64,000 bases of DNA, taken from the NCBI GenBank assembly GCA_017616695.1, contig JAFZXN010000054.1:35849-99848 (forward strand), written 5' to 3'. The notes beneath the pieces were generated by a model. It saw only the letters and a list, made by a program, of their open reading frames with translations. It had not been told where the DNA came from and ran no database searches. Numbering within the stretch: the first letter of the stretch is position 1; each line of letters begins with the position of its first letter. The stretch is from Clostridia bacterium (GTDB lineage Bacteria; Bacillota; Clostridia; Christensenellales; Borkfalkiaceae). Below are positions 23,875 through 34,787 of the stretch, in pieces. Both the position numbers and the translations under genes were made by a program.

Positions 23875-24797
23875 TGTTTTAAGTCAGAAACTATATCGTC
23901 CAAAGAATAGTTTTTCGGATCGAGAAAAGTCATATTGTCATATCGTTTGAAATAAGTTATCTGGCGCTTAGCGTATCTTCTGGTATTTCGCTTGACGAGT
24001 TCTTTTATCTCTTCGTCGCTCAAACCGGCATCGATACCTTCGACTATTTCTTTATAGCCTATCGCCTGCATCGACTGGCAGTTTTTGTCTAACCCGCTTT
24101 CCAATAGAGAAACGACTTCTTGCTTTAGCCCGCGACGAAACATATCGTCGACGCGAGCGTTTATCCTGTCGTAAAGCTCTTTGCGATCGTAATCGAAAGA
24201 ATACGCCTTAAAATCGTAACGAGCCGTCTTTTCGTCCGTCGTTTCCGATTTCTTTCTGCCCGTAAGCTCAAAGATCTCAAGCGCTCTAATAACTCTTACC
24301 GTATCGTTCTCGTGAAGAACGAGGCTCGTTTCGCGATCGACTTCTTTCAAGCGGTCGTGAAGATATCCGGCGCCGTTACTTTGTAATAGGTCCGCGTATT
24401 TTTGGCGTATCTCGTTGCTTTTAGGGCAATTTCCGTAAGAAAGATCGTATAAAACGGAATCGATATAATAGCCCGTTCCCCCGCAGATAACGGGTAGAAC
24501 GCCGCTAAAAATAAGCTCGTCGATGATCGCACGCGCCGCCGATGAATACTCGGCGACGGTAAACTCCTTTTCCGGATCGACGTGATCGATAAGATAATGC
24601 TTAACGCCTCTCATCTCATCTTTATCGGGCTTTGCCGTACCGATATCGAGTTTTTTATAGATAGCTATCGAATCGGCAGAAACGACCGCGCCGCCGAGAC
24701 GCTTTGCAAGCGCTATCGCAAGCGCCGATTTTCCGCTCGCTGTCGGGCCGCAAACGACGACCACCTTTTTGCCGTTTAAACAATTCTCTTGAACCAT
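23856..24797 (-). CDS. miaA: tRNA dimethylallyltransferase
   Basis: P-loop GPTASGKSALA. The track ORF extends to 24851 via a GTG; I prefer the ATG at 24797 (start uncertain). Overlaps the mutL stop. Confidence 0.9.
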   Translation of the reverse strand: MVQENCLNGKKVVVVCGPTASGKSALAIALAKRLGGAVVSADSIAIYKKLDIGTAKPDKDEMRGVKHYLIDHVDPEKEFTVAEYSSAARAIIDELIFSGVLPVICGGTGYYIDSVLYDLSYGNCPKSNEIRQKYADLLQSNGAGYLHDRLKEVDRETSLVLHENDTVRVIRALEIFELTGRKKSETTDEKTARYDFKAYSFDYDRKELYDRINARVDDMFRRGLKQEVVSLLESGLDKNCQSMQAIGYKEIVEGIDAGLSDEEIKELVKRNTRRYAKRQITYFKRYDNMTFLDPKNYSLDDIVSDLKQWMSLK

Positions 24798-26719
24798 TTG
24801 TCTATCTCGGATCTCGATATCCTCACGCAGACAGGTCTGCCGTGCGGACACTTCAATCCCCAGTCCTGTTTAAGCATGGAAAGTAGCCCGTCGATCTCCG
24901 AACGCGAAAGCTTATCGCCCGACTTTATCGCCGCTTTACAAGCTTTTTGCGCGAGCTTTTCTCGCAAAATAGAAGGAATTTTATCGTCCTGAAACTTTGC
25001 ATCGTTCAAAATATCCGCAAAGAAGAGGTTTAAGTCGATATCTATAAGATCTACGGGTATCGAATAAACTTTAAAGGAAGTGTCGTCGGACGCTTCGAGA
25101 TCGATACCTATCTCTCTGAAATAAGATATCCTGTCGAACAAAAGGTCGGCTTCGTCGGCGTTGACTCTAAAAGCGTACGGGATCAAAAGCGTCTGCTTAA
25201 CGACTTCATTGGTCTTTACTTTGTAGATCAATTTGTCGTAGAGGATGCGCTCGTGCGCGGCGTGCTGATCGACGAGAATCACGCTGTCGTCGCATTCGAG
25301 TATCAAAAACGTGTCGAGCGCCTGCCCGATAACTTTTACGGGCGCGTCGATCTTGACGGAAGACTGAACGCCGCCATCTTGCTTTTCACGCTCGAGTTTT
25401 TCAATATACTGCTTGTTTTCCTTGAAAATTTCGTCTATTTCCGCGGAAGACGTAAAATCTTTTACGGGATAAGAGAAGATATTTTCGGATAGTTTTGTCG
25501 ACGAAAATTTTGACAAAGGCGATTTCTTCTTTACCCGTTTTTCGGTCAAAAACGGATCTGGATCGTCTCTATTTGGGATATCGTAACCGAGTACGGCGCG
25601 CTGTATCTTATTGAGATGCTCTTCGTCGGGGCCGAAATCAAGATTGTCGCGCGGAGTTGAGATTATGCCTTCGGACGACAAAATATCGTCGGAAACGTTG
25701 GCGGCCTTCGGCTTTGAAACTATGATATCGAGCGCGGACGCCGCGCCGTCGAGGACTTGACTTACGACCGAATATACGGACGAATACACTATCTGATTAT
25801 CCTGAAAGCGTACTTCGGTCTTTCTCGGGTGAACGTTTACGTCGACGAACTCGCCGGGCATGGAAACGGATAAAACGTAAAAAGGATATTGCCGTTTCAT
25901 CATATACGACGAATACGCGTTCTGCATGGCGGAGGCTATCGTTTTATCCTTCACCCACCTGCCGTTGACGATAAGCGTCTGGTAAGACTGATTGCCTTTG
26001 AAAAAGTTGGTATTGCCGATAAAGCCTTCGATAATAATGCCGTTTTTGTTGACGGATATCTCGTAGCAGTTATTTACCGTATCGATACCGTAAACGGTCA
26101 TGACCGCGTCTTTGAACCCTTCGCCGAAAGATTCGTAAACAAGTTTATCGCCTACGCGGAATTTGACGGCTACGCAAGGATTTGACAAAATCAGCTTTTC
26201 CATCAGCGATTTTACAGCATTTTCCTCGGATTTTTCAGTCTTTAGAAATTTCAACCTTGCGGGGGTGTTGTAAAAAATATCGCTTACCGTTACCGCCGTA
26301 CCTTCAAGACAAGGCGTTTCCGTTATCGCCGTGAGCGAGCCGCCTTCGCAAGATATCTTATAGCCTATCGGCGCCTCCATCGTTTTGGAAGATATCGTGC
26401 ATTTCGACACGGCGGCGATACTTGCAAGCGCCTCGCCGCGGAAACCGAGCGTTTCGATACGGTTAAGATCGTCGGCGGTTTTCAGTTTACTCGTCGCGTG
26501 CGGCAAAAAAGCGCGGGGAAGATCGTCACGATCCATACCGCAACCGTTGTCCATAACGAATATCTTATCCATACCGCCGCGCTCTATCGAAACGGATATC
26601 TCCGTTCCGCCCGCGTCGACGGCGTTCTCGAATAGTTCTTTGACAACGGAATCGGGCCCGTCGATGACTTCGCCCGCCGAAATTTTGTTGTAAACGTCTT
26701 TCGATAAAATGTTAATCAT
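24776..26719 (-). CDS. mutL: DNA mismatch repair protein MutL
   Basis: 647 aa. GHKL ATPase N-terminus (VVKELFENAVDAG, DNGCGM, GFRGEALASI) and C-terminal endonuclease region DQHAAHERI. Confidence 0.95.
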   Translation of the reverse strand: MINILSKDVYNKISAGEVIDGPDSVVKELFENAVDAGGTEISVSIERGGMDKIFVMDNGCGMDRDDLPRAFLPHATSKLKTADDLNRIETLGFRGEALASIAAVSKCTISSKTMEAPIGYKISCEGGSLTAITETPCLEGTAVTVSDIFYNTPARLKFLKTEKSEENAVKSLMEKLILSNPCVAVKFRVGDKLVYESFGEGFKDAVMTVYGIDTVNNCYEISVNKNGIIIEGFIGNTNFFKGNQSYQTLIVNGRWVKDKTIASAMQNAYSSYMMKRQYPFYVLSVSMPGEFVDVNVHPRKTEVRFQDNQIVYSSVYSVVSQVLDGAASALDIIVSKPKAANVSDDILSSEGIISTPRDNLDFGPDEEHLNKIQRAVLGYDIPNRDDPDPFLTEKRVKKKSPLSKFSSTKLSENIFSYPVKDFTSSAEIDEIFKENKQYIEKLEREKQDGGVQSSVKIDAPVKVIGQALDTFLILECDDSVILVDQHAAHERILYDKLIYKVKTNEVVKQTLLIPYAFRVNADEADLLFDRISYFREIGIDLEASDDTSFKVYSIPVDLIDIDLNLFFADILNDAKFQDDKIPSILREKLAQKACKAAIKSGDKLSRSEIDGLLSMLKQDWGLKCPHGRPVCVRISRSEIDKWFKRIV

Positions 26720-29291
26720 CTGTTTTACTCTTCAAATAAGCAAGTATTTCAAACGCTTTTAAAGGCGTAACGTTATTTAGATCGAGTTTTGAAATATAGT
26801 CGTCGACGAACGACTTTTTCATTTCGTTGACTTCCGGCGCACCCTCGTCCGACTTAAAAGTTATGTCGTTTTTTTCAAGGGAATTGAGTATCTTTTTGGC
26901 TCTTTGCGTGACCTCTTTCGGTATCCCCGATAGCGACGCGACCTCTATGCCGAAACTTTTGTTTGCGCTCCCTCTCGTGATCTTTCTTAAAAAGACTATC
27001 TCGCCGTTGATCTCTTTAACGCTTATCTTGTAATTTTTCACGCCGTCGAGCGTGCCTTCGAGTTCGCTCAATTCGTGATAATGCGTGGCAAAAAGCGTTT
27101 TGGCTCTCACCTTTTCGGCAAGATATTCGACTACCGCCCAGGCTATAGAAAGCCCGTCGAAGGTGCTCGTTCCTCTTCCCACTTCGTCGAGGATAAGCAA
27201 ACTGTCCTTCGTGGCGTTGATAAGGATATCCGCGACTTCCGTCATCTCGACCATAAAAGTCGACTGATTGAAAATAAGGTTATCGCTTGCGCCGACTCTC
27301 GTAAATATCTTGTCGATAATTGGTATTTCCGCCGCTTTTGCGGGAACGAAACACCCTGCGTGCGCGAGAACGGTTATTAAAGCGACCTGCCGCATATACG
27401 TGGATTTACCCGCCATATTCGGGCCGGTAATTATCATCATACGATTTTCGTCGCTGTCAAGCAGAGTGTCGTTAGGAATAAAATTGATTTTAGCCGCCGC
27501 GTCGAGCACGGGGTGCTTACCGCCTACGATGTTGAGTTTGCCGCCGGCAGGTAACATTTCGGGCCTGACGTAACCGCGCTTTTTGGAAACGGTCGCAAAG
27601 CTCAATAAAACGTCGAGCATGGATAAGCACTTGGCCGTTCTTTGCATGGAAGTTACGTTGTTTTCGAGTATGCCGCAGATCTTGGAAAAGATCTCGTTTT
27701 CTATTTTAATCGTTTTTTCACTGCTCGTTAAGACCTCTTCTTCAAACTTTTTGAGTTCTTCGGTGATAAATCTTTCTGCGCCGACGAGCGTCTGCTTTCT
27801 TATGTAATTTTCGGGAACGAGCGACAGGTACGAATTGGTGACCTCGATATAGTAACCGAATACTTTGTTGTACGAGATCCTCAAATTCTTTATACCCGTG
27901 GCCTCGCGCTCTCTTAATTCTATATCTTTTATTATCTGCGTGGCGTTAGTGTGAACGTTACGATAGTGATCGAGCTGCTCGTCGAAACCGTCTTTGACGA
28001 ATTTCCCTTCTTTGGTCGTTATAGGGGGATTGGGCTTTATGACCGCGTCAAGTAAGTTTACGATATCGTCGTAATTTCCGAGGTTTTTAGCTATATCGTC
28101 CAAGATCTTCGACGCCATTCCCGCAAGCTGTAATTTTACCGAAGGAATGATGGAAAGCGTATCTTTTATGGCCTCGCAATCGCGAGGGCCCGCTATCTTA
28201 TTAGATACTCTGCCGCAAAGTCTTTCAAGGTCTTTGACGTAGTGCATCGTTTCATTAAGGCTTTGTCTTGCGACGTTGTTACCGACAAGGTCTGAAACGC
28301 CGTCAAACCTGTAATTTATCGATTCGACGTTTTTAAGCGGCGATAACAATATCTCTTTTATCTTCCTGCCACCGCCCGCCGTCGACGTATGATCCACCGC
28401 CCAAAGCAGCGTGCCGTACTCCTTGCCGTCGCGAAGCGACCTGATTATTTCAAGGTTTTTTAATGCTATGCCGTCCATCGAAAGAGAATTTTCGTCGTTG
28501 ACGTAAGAAACGGAAGATATTATGTCTACTTTTCGCATCTGCGTTTCGTTCAGGTAGGAAACGAGCGCGCCCGCCGCCGATATGGCACATTCCTTGTCGT
28601 CGGGTATGTAAATGCTCAAATTTTCCGTATCGAATTGTTTTGCAAGACCTTCTCTGCACTTTTTCAAATTGAACGCCTGTTCGCTGTATTTCGACGTTCT
28701 CGCATAAGAGGACTTCAAAGCCTCGGGAAGATTGTCGAAAGCTTTGAAACCGAGTTCGTTACAGATTATTTCCGCAGGAGAAACCTTGTATAAACAATCG
28801 GAAAGTTGTTCCATCGAAGAAAATTGACGACAGAAAAAGTCACCCGTAGTAATATCCGCCCAGGCCACGCCGAAAGAAGCTTTATCCGCCGCGATACATA
28901 GTATAAAATTGTTGCATTTATCGTTAAAAAGCGTACTTTCTGTGATAGTGCCGTTGGAAACTATCTTGACGACGTCTCTTTCGACAAGACCTTTGGAGGC
29001 GTTCGGCTCGGTCAACTGTTCGCAGACGGCGACCTTTTTTCCGAGCGAAACGAGCTTAGCTATATAAGTATCCGCCGCGTGGAAAGGAACGCCGCACATG
29101 GGCGCGCGCTCTTTTAAGCCGCAATCCTTTCCCGTAAGCGTAAGTTCCAGAAGCTTAGATACTTCTACCGCGTCTTCGAAAAACATCTCGTAAAAGTCGC
29201 CCAGCCGATAGAATATTATGCAATCGGGATATTTATCTTTTATGGATTGATAATGCCGCATTACCGGCGATAATTCGTTTGGTTTCTTCAT
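26712..29291 (-). CDS. mutS: DNA mismatch repair protein MutS
   Basis: 859 aa. TPVMRHYQ-type N-terminus (SPVMRHYQSIK), Walker A GPNMAGKST, and DEVGRGTSTFDG. Confidence 0.96.
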   Translation of the reverse strand: MKKPNELSPVMRHYQSIKDKYPDCIIFYRLGDFYEMFFEDAVEVSKLLELTLTGKDCGLKERAPMCGVPFHAADTYIAKLVSLGKKVAVCEQLTEPNASKGLVERDVVKIVSNGTITESTLFNDKCNNFILCIAADKASFGVAWADITTGDFFCRQFSSMEQLSDCLYKVSPAEIICNELGFKAFDNLPEALKSSYARTSKYSEQAFNLKKCREGLAKQFDTENLSIYIPDDKECAISAAGALVSYLNETQMRKVDIISSVSYVNDENSLSMDGIALKNLEIIRSLRDGKEYGTLLWAVDHTSTAGGGRKIKEILLSPLKNVESINYRFDGVSDLVGNNVARQSLNETMHYVKDLERLCGRVSNKIAGPRDCEAIKDTLSIIPSVKLQLAGMASKILDDIAKNLGNYDDIVNLLDAVIKPNPPITTKEGKFVKDGFDEQLDHYRNVHTNATQIIKDIELREREATGIKNLRISYNKVFGYYIEVTNSYLSLVPENYIRKQTLVGAERFITEELKKFEEEVLTSSEKTIKIENEIFSKICGILENNVTSMQRTAKCLSMLDVLLSFATVSKKRGYVRPEMLPAGGKLNIVGGKHPVLDAAAKINFIPNDTLLDSDENRMMIITGPNMAGKSTYMRQVALITVLAHAGCFVPAKAAEIPIIDKIFTRVGASDNLIFNQSTFMVEMTEVADILINATKDSLLILDEVGRGTSTFDGLSIAWAVVEYLAEKVRAKTLFATHYHELSELEGTLDGVKNYKISVKEINGEIVFLRKITRGSANKSFGIEVASLSGIPKEVTQRAKKILNSLEKNDITFKSDEGAPEVNEMKKSFVDDYISKLDLNNVTPLKAFEILAYLKSKTDD

Positions 29292-29306
29292 TTTTTTCTC
29301 CGATGT

Positions 29307-30623
29307 TCATTCTATCTCGCCGAACAGCGAAATACCGTTTGCCGAAGTGACTTTCATATCGACAAATTCGCCTATGACGTTGCGTGAAGACGGGAAATAC
29401 CCCATTCTGCCGTATTCGTCACGACCGATATACATATTCTTTTTCTTGTCGATATCTTCGCAAAGAATCCTTACCGTCTTGCCGACGTAACGCGAAGAGA
29501 ACTGCCTCGTTTTTTCGTTCGTGCATTCGACGAGCCGCATTATCCTGTCCTTTTTAACGTCGTCGGGAACTTGATCGGGCATCTTGTCGGCGGGAGTGCC
29601 GCGCCTTCTCGAATAAACGAAGGTAAAACACGACGAAAAGCCGACCTTTTCACACATTTTGAGCGTATCGAGAAAATCCTCTTCGGTCTCGGAAGGAAAT
29701 CCTATCATAAGATCGGTCGAAACGGCACAGTCGGGCATATACTTTTTTATCATTTCTATCTCTCTGAGATAGTCTGCCGAATCGTAATGCCTGTTCATCA
29801 GCTTTAATATCCTGTCGCTACCCGACTGTAAAGGAAGGTGTATCTGATGACAGCAGTGTTCGTTTTTTGCCACGGCATTAATAAGCTTTTCCGTTAGGTC
29901 TTTGGGGTGGTTTGTCATAAAACGAAGCCGATAATCGCCCTTTATTTCGGACAATTTTTCGATAAGCGTCGCAAAATCGGTACCATCGCCGAGATCCTTG
30001 CCGTAAGAGTTGACGTTTTGCCCGAGCAAAGTTATCTCTTTGTACCCGCTCATAACGAGAACGTTGACTTCAGCGTAGATATTCATAAGCTCGCGGCTTC
30101 TTTCCCTGCCCCTGACGTAAGGAACGATGCAATAGGTGCAGAAATTGTTACAGCCTTGCATTATGCTCACCCAAGCGTTCGGATAACTCGTCCTTAAAGG
30201 CTTAACACCCTCTATTATTTTGCCGCTTTCGTCCTTGATCTCGACAATTTTCTTGTTTGAAGACAGCTTTCTGTCGAGCAAAATGCCGAATTCGTCAAGG
30301 TTATGAGTTCCGAAAATGATATCGACAAACGGGAATTTTTCCCGTATTATCTCGGCCTCGCCCGCTTGCTGCGCCATGCAACCGCCGACGGCTATAATAA
30401 GCGAGGGCTTACGTTTTTTGAGCTGTTTGAGCGCGCCGATATTGCCGAAAGCGTGATCTTCGGCATTTTCTCTTATGCAACACGTATTGAAAACGATAAC
30501 GTCGCATAAGGATTCGTCGTCGTTTTCAACGTAACCCCTCAAAGCGAGCATTCCCGCAAGCTTTTCGGAATCGTGGATATTCATTTGACAACCGTAGGTT
30601 ATTATCTTGTAAAACTTTGGCAT
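29307..30623 (-). CDS. miaB: tRNA-i6A37 methylthiotransferase MiaB
   Basis: 438 aa. UPF0004 N-domain (TYGCQMN), radical-SAM CNNFCTYCIVP, and C-terminal TRAM domain. Confidence 0.92.
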   Translation of the reverse strand: MPKFYKIITYGCQMNIHDSEKLAGMLALRGYVENDDESLCDVIVFNTCCIRENAEDHAFGNIGALKQLKKRKPSLIIAVGGCMAQQAGEAEIIREKFPFVDIIFGTHNLDEFGILLDRKLSSNKKIVEIKDESGKIIEGVKPLRTSYPNAWVSIMQGCNNFCTYCIVPYVRGRERSRELMNIYAEVNVLVMSGYKEITLLGQNVNSYGKDLGDGTDFATLIEKLSEIKGDYRLRFMTNHPKDLTEKLINAVAKNEHCCHQIHLPLQSGSDRILKLMNRHYDSADYLREIEMIKKYMPDCAVSTDLMIGFPSETEEDFLDTLKMCEKVGFSSCFTFVYSRRRGTPADKMPDQVPDDVKKDRIMRLVECTNEKTRQFSSRYVGKTVRILCEDIDKKKNMYIGRDEYGRMGYFPSSRNVIGEFVDMKVTSANGISLFGEIE

Positions 30624-30707
30624 ATTAGTATTATTATATAATATTAATAAAAAATAATCAAGTGCGCGAGAATATTTTTTGTCATTTTAGCGACAATATA
30701 TTTTGAA

Positions 30708-32912
30708 ATGAAAAAAATATTTCGCATCGCTTTACTTATAATATTCGCCGTTTTAACTGTTTCGGCAACAGCCGCAGCCATATTTTTAATCGTTCCGACG
30801 AAATTGGAATTGAATACAAAATCATTAGAAAATAACGGCGATTTTATAGATTATTATGACAGACATAACAACAAGATAACGACAGTATCTTCTGGTTTTT
30901 CTGCGATAGATATATCCGAAGTTTCCGAAATGATCAAAAACGTGTTCATCGCCTCAGAAGACAAGAATTTTTATCGCCATAACGGGCTCGATCACCTCGG
31001 AATGATAAGAGCGGCATTTAAAAATCTTATAAGCGGGAAGTACGTTCAAGGTGCGTCCACCATAAGTCAGCAACTTATAAAAAACACGCAGCTATCGGGA
31101 GAAAAGACTTTAAAAAGAAAACTCGACGAGATCAAACTTACGCAAAAACTCGAAAAATTATATTCAAAAGACGAGATACTTACTATGTATCTAAATAAAA
31201 TATATTTCGGCGAAAACCGTTACGGGATAGAAAGCGCCTCGAAATTTTATTTTAATAAGAGCTCGGGCGAACTCGATCTTAACGAAGCCACTCTTTTAGC
31301 CGCGACTATACGTTCGCCTTCCGCCGTAAATCCGTTAAAAAATTACGATATGGCGAAAACTTATCAAAAGACCGTTTTGTCAAGAATGCTTAAAATCGGT
31401 TATATCGACGAAAAAACTTTCAACGAAACGCTCGATAAAAACGCCGTGATCTACGGAAAAAGCGACGATACAGGTAGCTGTTATATTAAAGCGGTTTTTA
31501 ACGAATTGACCGAAGAACTTGACCTTGATCCCTACGAGATAAGAAACTGCTCGGTTTATACGGATTTTGACGAGGATTTGCAACGCGAACTCGAAAACTC
31601 GGCGAAAAATCGTGAATACGACGAACAGATAATGGTAGCGGATAACAAAACTCATCTTATAAACGCCTATTATACTACTTGCGGCGAGATATTAAGACAC
31701 CCGGCCTCTATAATCAAACCGCTCGCTATTTACGCCCCGCTTATAGAAAAGGACGTAATAACGGAGTGTACCGTAGTAAAAGACGAAATTACGAATATTG
31801 ACGGATATTCGCCCGTCAACTATAAAAACAAATATTACGGAGACGTAACGGTCGCCGACGCGCTTAAATTGAGCCTTAACGTTCCCGCGGTCAAACTTTT
31901 GAACGTTCTCGGCGTGGACGAATCCGAAAAATATCTTAAAAAGCTCGGTATACCGGTCAAAAACGCGGCTTTGAACCTCGCCGTAGGCCATATTGACGGC
32001 GGGGTAAAATTGAAACAGCTCGTCGGGGCGTATTCTTCTTTTCCGAATAACGGCAATTATTCGCCGGTAAGATTTATCAAAAAGATCGTAACATTTGACG
32101 AAAGAGTCGTTTACGAGCAAAAGAAAGAAGAAGAAAGAGTATTTTCGCAAGATACCTGCGAAGTGATAACGGATATATTAAGAGAATGCGCATCGAGCGG
32201 CACGGCGAAAAAGCTTAAAAAACTCGGCTTTGACGTAGCCGCAAAGACGGGAACTTTCGGGAACGAAAACGGGAACAGCGACGCATATACCGTAAGTTAC
32301 ACGACCGACAAAACCGTAGCCGCCTGGATAGGAAACGCCGACGGCGCGCTTATGGATAATTCCGTCACAGGCGGCGGAAAAGCCGCGGAACTAAACGCAG
32401 AAATCCTTGGATATATATATAAAAACGACACACCGAAAAATTTCGATCATACCGAAACGATAACCTTGAATATTGACGGTTACGTCTTAAAAACCGACGG
32501 CAGAATAATGCTTGCCGACGAAAACACGCCCGAAAAATACGTCGTTAAAGGTCTTTTCAAAAATAGCTGCCGCCCCGTAAATACGAGTACGGCGTTTTCA
32601 TCGGCAAAGGTAGATAACGCAAACGTTTCACTTATAGATAAAGAGATAAATATCGTCTACGACAAACCCGATTTTTGCAAAGTCAAGATTTATCGGAAAA
32701 GCGAAAACGAGAAGCGGCTCGTTTACGAAGGTTTCGACTGCGTTTTCAAAGAGATATTAAATGAAGGAACTTACGAATATTCGATAATCCCGATCGTCAA
32801 AGGGAAAAATATAAGCGTCAGCGGTGAGGAAATAACGCTTCCGAAAGTTACCGTGAACAGCGATTTGAACCACTTAGAACCTTTGCCGGATAATTGGTGG
32901 AATGACGAATGA
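30708..32912 (+). CDS. Class A penicillin-binding protein (glycosyltransferase GT51 plus transpeptidase)
   Basis: 734 aa. Signal anchor; GT51 motifs EDKNFYRHNGLD, GASTISQQL, RKLDE; transpeptidase motifs SIIKP (SxxK) and KTGT. Confidence 0.9.
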   Translation: MKKIFRIALLIIFAVLTVSATAAAIFLIVPTKLELNTKSLENNGDFIDYYDRHNNKITTVSSGFSAIDISEVSEMIKNVFIASEDKNFYRHNGLDHLGMIRAAFKNLISGKYVQGASTISQQLIKNTQLSGEKTLKRKLDEIKLTQKLEKLYSKDEILTMYLNKIYFGENRYGIESASKFYFNKSSGELDLNEATLLAATIRSPSAVNPLKNYDMAKTYQKTVLSRMLKIGYIDEKTFNETLDKNAVIYGKSDDTGSCYIKAVFNELTEELDLDPYEIRNCSVYTDFDEDLQRELENSAKNREYDEQIMVADNKTHLINAYYTTCGEILRHPASIIKPLAIYAPLIEKDVITECTVVKDEITNIDGYSPVNYKNKYYGDVTVADALKLSLNVPAVKLLNVLGVDESEKYLKKLGIPVKNAALNLAVGHIDGGVKLKQLVGAYSSFPNNGNYSPVRFIKKIVTFDERVVYEQKKEEERVFSQDTCEVITDILRECASSGTAKKLKKLGFDVAAKTGTFGNENGNSDAYTVSYTTDKTVAAWIGNADGALMDNSVTGGGKAAELNAEILGYIYKNDTPKNFDHTETITLNIDGYVLKTDGRIMLADENTPEKYVVKGLFKNSCRPVNTSTAFSSAKVDNANVSLIDKEINIVYDKPDFCKVKIYRKSENEKRLVYEGFDCVFKEILNEGTYEYSIIPIVKGKNISVSGEEITLPKVTVNSDLNHLEPLPDNWWNDE

Positions 32913-32930
32913 TATCCTGCGGCATAAAAT

Positions 32931-32963
32931 AACGGGAGGCCGAATTTCCAGTCCCCGTTTTTT
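32931..32963 (+). terminator. Rho-independent terminator after the PBP gene
   Basis: ACGGGA...TCCCCGT stem (one bulged C) followed by TTTTTTAT. Confidence 0.5.
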
Positions 32964-32989
32964 ATTAAAAATCTTAAGCATTAATATCG

Positions 32990-33988
32990 TTAATTGTTGT
33001 TATTATCGATAATTTTCGCATCGTAAAAAGTCGTGTCGTCGTCCGAGTCCTTATCGGTAGGCTCGTTTTTTCGTTCCGTTGCGCTTGAACAACCCGCGCA
33101 CGAATCCTTGTCGCAAGACGACAACAATGAGCAACTCGGCTGCTTTTTAATAGTTTCCCCGTGGTCGTGGTGCTCGTGATGCACGTGGTCGTGCTTATTC
33201 TTATTCAGCGCGTCGAGAAGCGTGTTTCTGTCAAAGGACGCCAAACGAGCCTCGGGATTTATCTTGTCGATAAAAGCTGGTTTGCGGTCGAATTGAACGA
33301 GCCCGAACGCATTGGCAAGAGCCTCCGCCTCGGAGCCGTAAGAATACAGCATTTCACGCATCGAACGTTGGGATTTCTCGATAATATCTTTTTCAACGAC
33401 CGATATCTTATCTTTATTCTCGTTGACGATAATTTTAAGCTCTTCGGTAAGATCGTCGATCTCCTTCTTTTTATCGCTCATTATCTTGAAGTTATTGAGC
33501 GTTATCCTCGTGATCTCCGCCAAAACGCCTTTAGCCTCGGCTTTGACTTCCTCCTTTTCGTCTTCCGTCGGCGCTTTTATAAGCTCTTCTTTCAAAACGA
33601 CGAGTTTATCTTTTAAACTTTTAAGTTCATCCGACTCAACGAGCCGTTTCGCAAGATCTTCGGCGTTTTTCCTTTCGTCTTCGATATGCTTTTTCTTTTG
33701 CAGATACTCTTCCCCGAGCGCGTTTTCGCTCGAAGAAATAAGGTCGGCTTTGGCCTCGTCCATAATATCGCAGAACTTGACGAGATATTTTTCATCGAGT
33801 TCAGCTTTCAATTCGGCGTATTGAGCCGCGTCTTTTTCCGACAGACCTTTGATATCGATTGTCATAAACCCTACTCCGTTGACTTTTTTGAATACTTCGG
33901 TATTCCGATAAAAAACGTACGCGCCGCAAAAGATGGCGGCGATAGCAAAAATAACGATTATTACAGTTAAAAATCTGATCTTTTTCAC
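32990..33988 (-). CDS. Hypothetical membrane-anchored coiled-coil protein with His-rich and Cys-rich C-terminal tail
   Basis: 332 aa. GTG start with upstream GGGGG. One N-terminal TM helix, long Glu/Lys-rich predicted coiled coil, then KHDHVHHEHHDHG and CSLLSSCDKDSCAGC. No family recognised. Confidence 0.6.
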   Translation of the reverse strand: MKKIRFLTVIIVIFAIAAIFCGAYVFYRNTEVFKKVNGVGFMTIDIKGLSEKDAAQYAELKAELDEKYLVKFCDIMDEAKADLISSSENALGEEYLQKKKHIEDERKNAEDLAKRLVESDELKSLKDKLVVLKEELIKAPTEDEKEEVKAEAKGVLAEITRITLNNFKIMSDKKKEIDDLTEELKIIVNENKDKISVVEKDIIEKSQRSMREMLYSYGSEAEALANAFGLVQFDRKPAFIDKINPEARLASFDRNTLLDALNKNKHDHVHHEHHDHGETIKKQPSCSLLSSCDKDSCAGCSSATERKNEPTDKDSDDDTTFYDAKIIDNNNN

Positions 33989-34085
33989 AGTCTGCCCCCG
34001 TAAATTATGTAAGTAGACTTAAAAAAGATATACGTCTTATTTATCGGCCGTTTCCGACCGAATTATTATCAGATCGAATAAAAAA

Positions 34086-34787
34086 TTATAAATTTTTCAG
34101 ATAAAACACTTCTTTTTGGGATAAAGTCCTTACTTCTCCGCGGTTAAGACCGGAGATAGAAAGATCGCCTATCTTCGTGCGCTTTAAAAAGACCACGTTA
34201 TGGCCTACGGCCTCGAACATCTTTCTTACCTGACGGTTCCTGCCCTCGGTTATTGTAACGGATATCTTCGTCGATTCCTTATCTTCTTCAACTATCCTGA
34301 CCGAACACCTTTTGGTCTTTACTCCGTCGATAATAACGCCCGAACGAAGTTTTGCCAAGTCGTCTTCCTTGACGTGGCCTTCGATCTTGGCGATATAAGT
34401 TTTGGGTATCTCGTTGGTCGGATGCGTCAATCTGTTGGCAAGGTCGCCGTCGTTGGTAATTATCAGCAGCCCTTCGGTATCGTAGTCGAGCCTTCCGACG
34501 GGATAGACGCGTTCGGCTTTTTTCGGCAAAAGATCCATGACCGTTTTTCTCCCCTTGTCGTCTTTTACCGTGGTAACGTAGCCTTTTGGCTTATTCATAA
34601 GGTAATAAACGTTCTTTTCGACAGGTCTTACCGCGCGCCCTTCGACGGCGACGTGATCCGAAAAGTCGACTTCCATTCCGACTTGAGCGCGTTTACCGTT
34701 GACGGTCACTTTTCCTTCTTCTATAAGTTTGTCGCAAGCACGGCGGGACGCTACGCCCGCTTCCGCAAGGTATCTGTTGATTCTCAT
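34086..34787 (-). CDS. rluB: 23S rRNA pseudouridine synthase RluB (RsuA family)
   Basis: 233 aa. S4 domain (MRINRYLAEAGVASRR) and catalytic GRLDYDTEGLL. Confidence 0.88.
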   Translation of the reverse strand: MRINRYLAEAGVASRRACDKLIEEGKVTVNGKRAQVGMEVDFSDHVAVEGRAVRPVEKNVYYLMNKPKGYVTTVKDDKGRKTVMDLLPKKAERVYPVGRLDYDTEGLLIITNDGDLANRLTHPTNEIPKTYIAKIEGHVKEDDLAKLRSGVIIDGVKTKRCSVRIVEEDKESTKISVTITEGRNRQVRKMFEAVGHNVVFLKRTKIGDLSISGLNRGEVRTLSQKEVFYLKNL

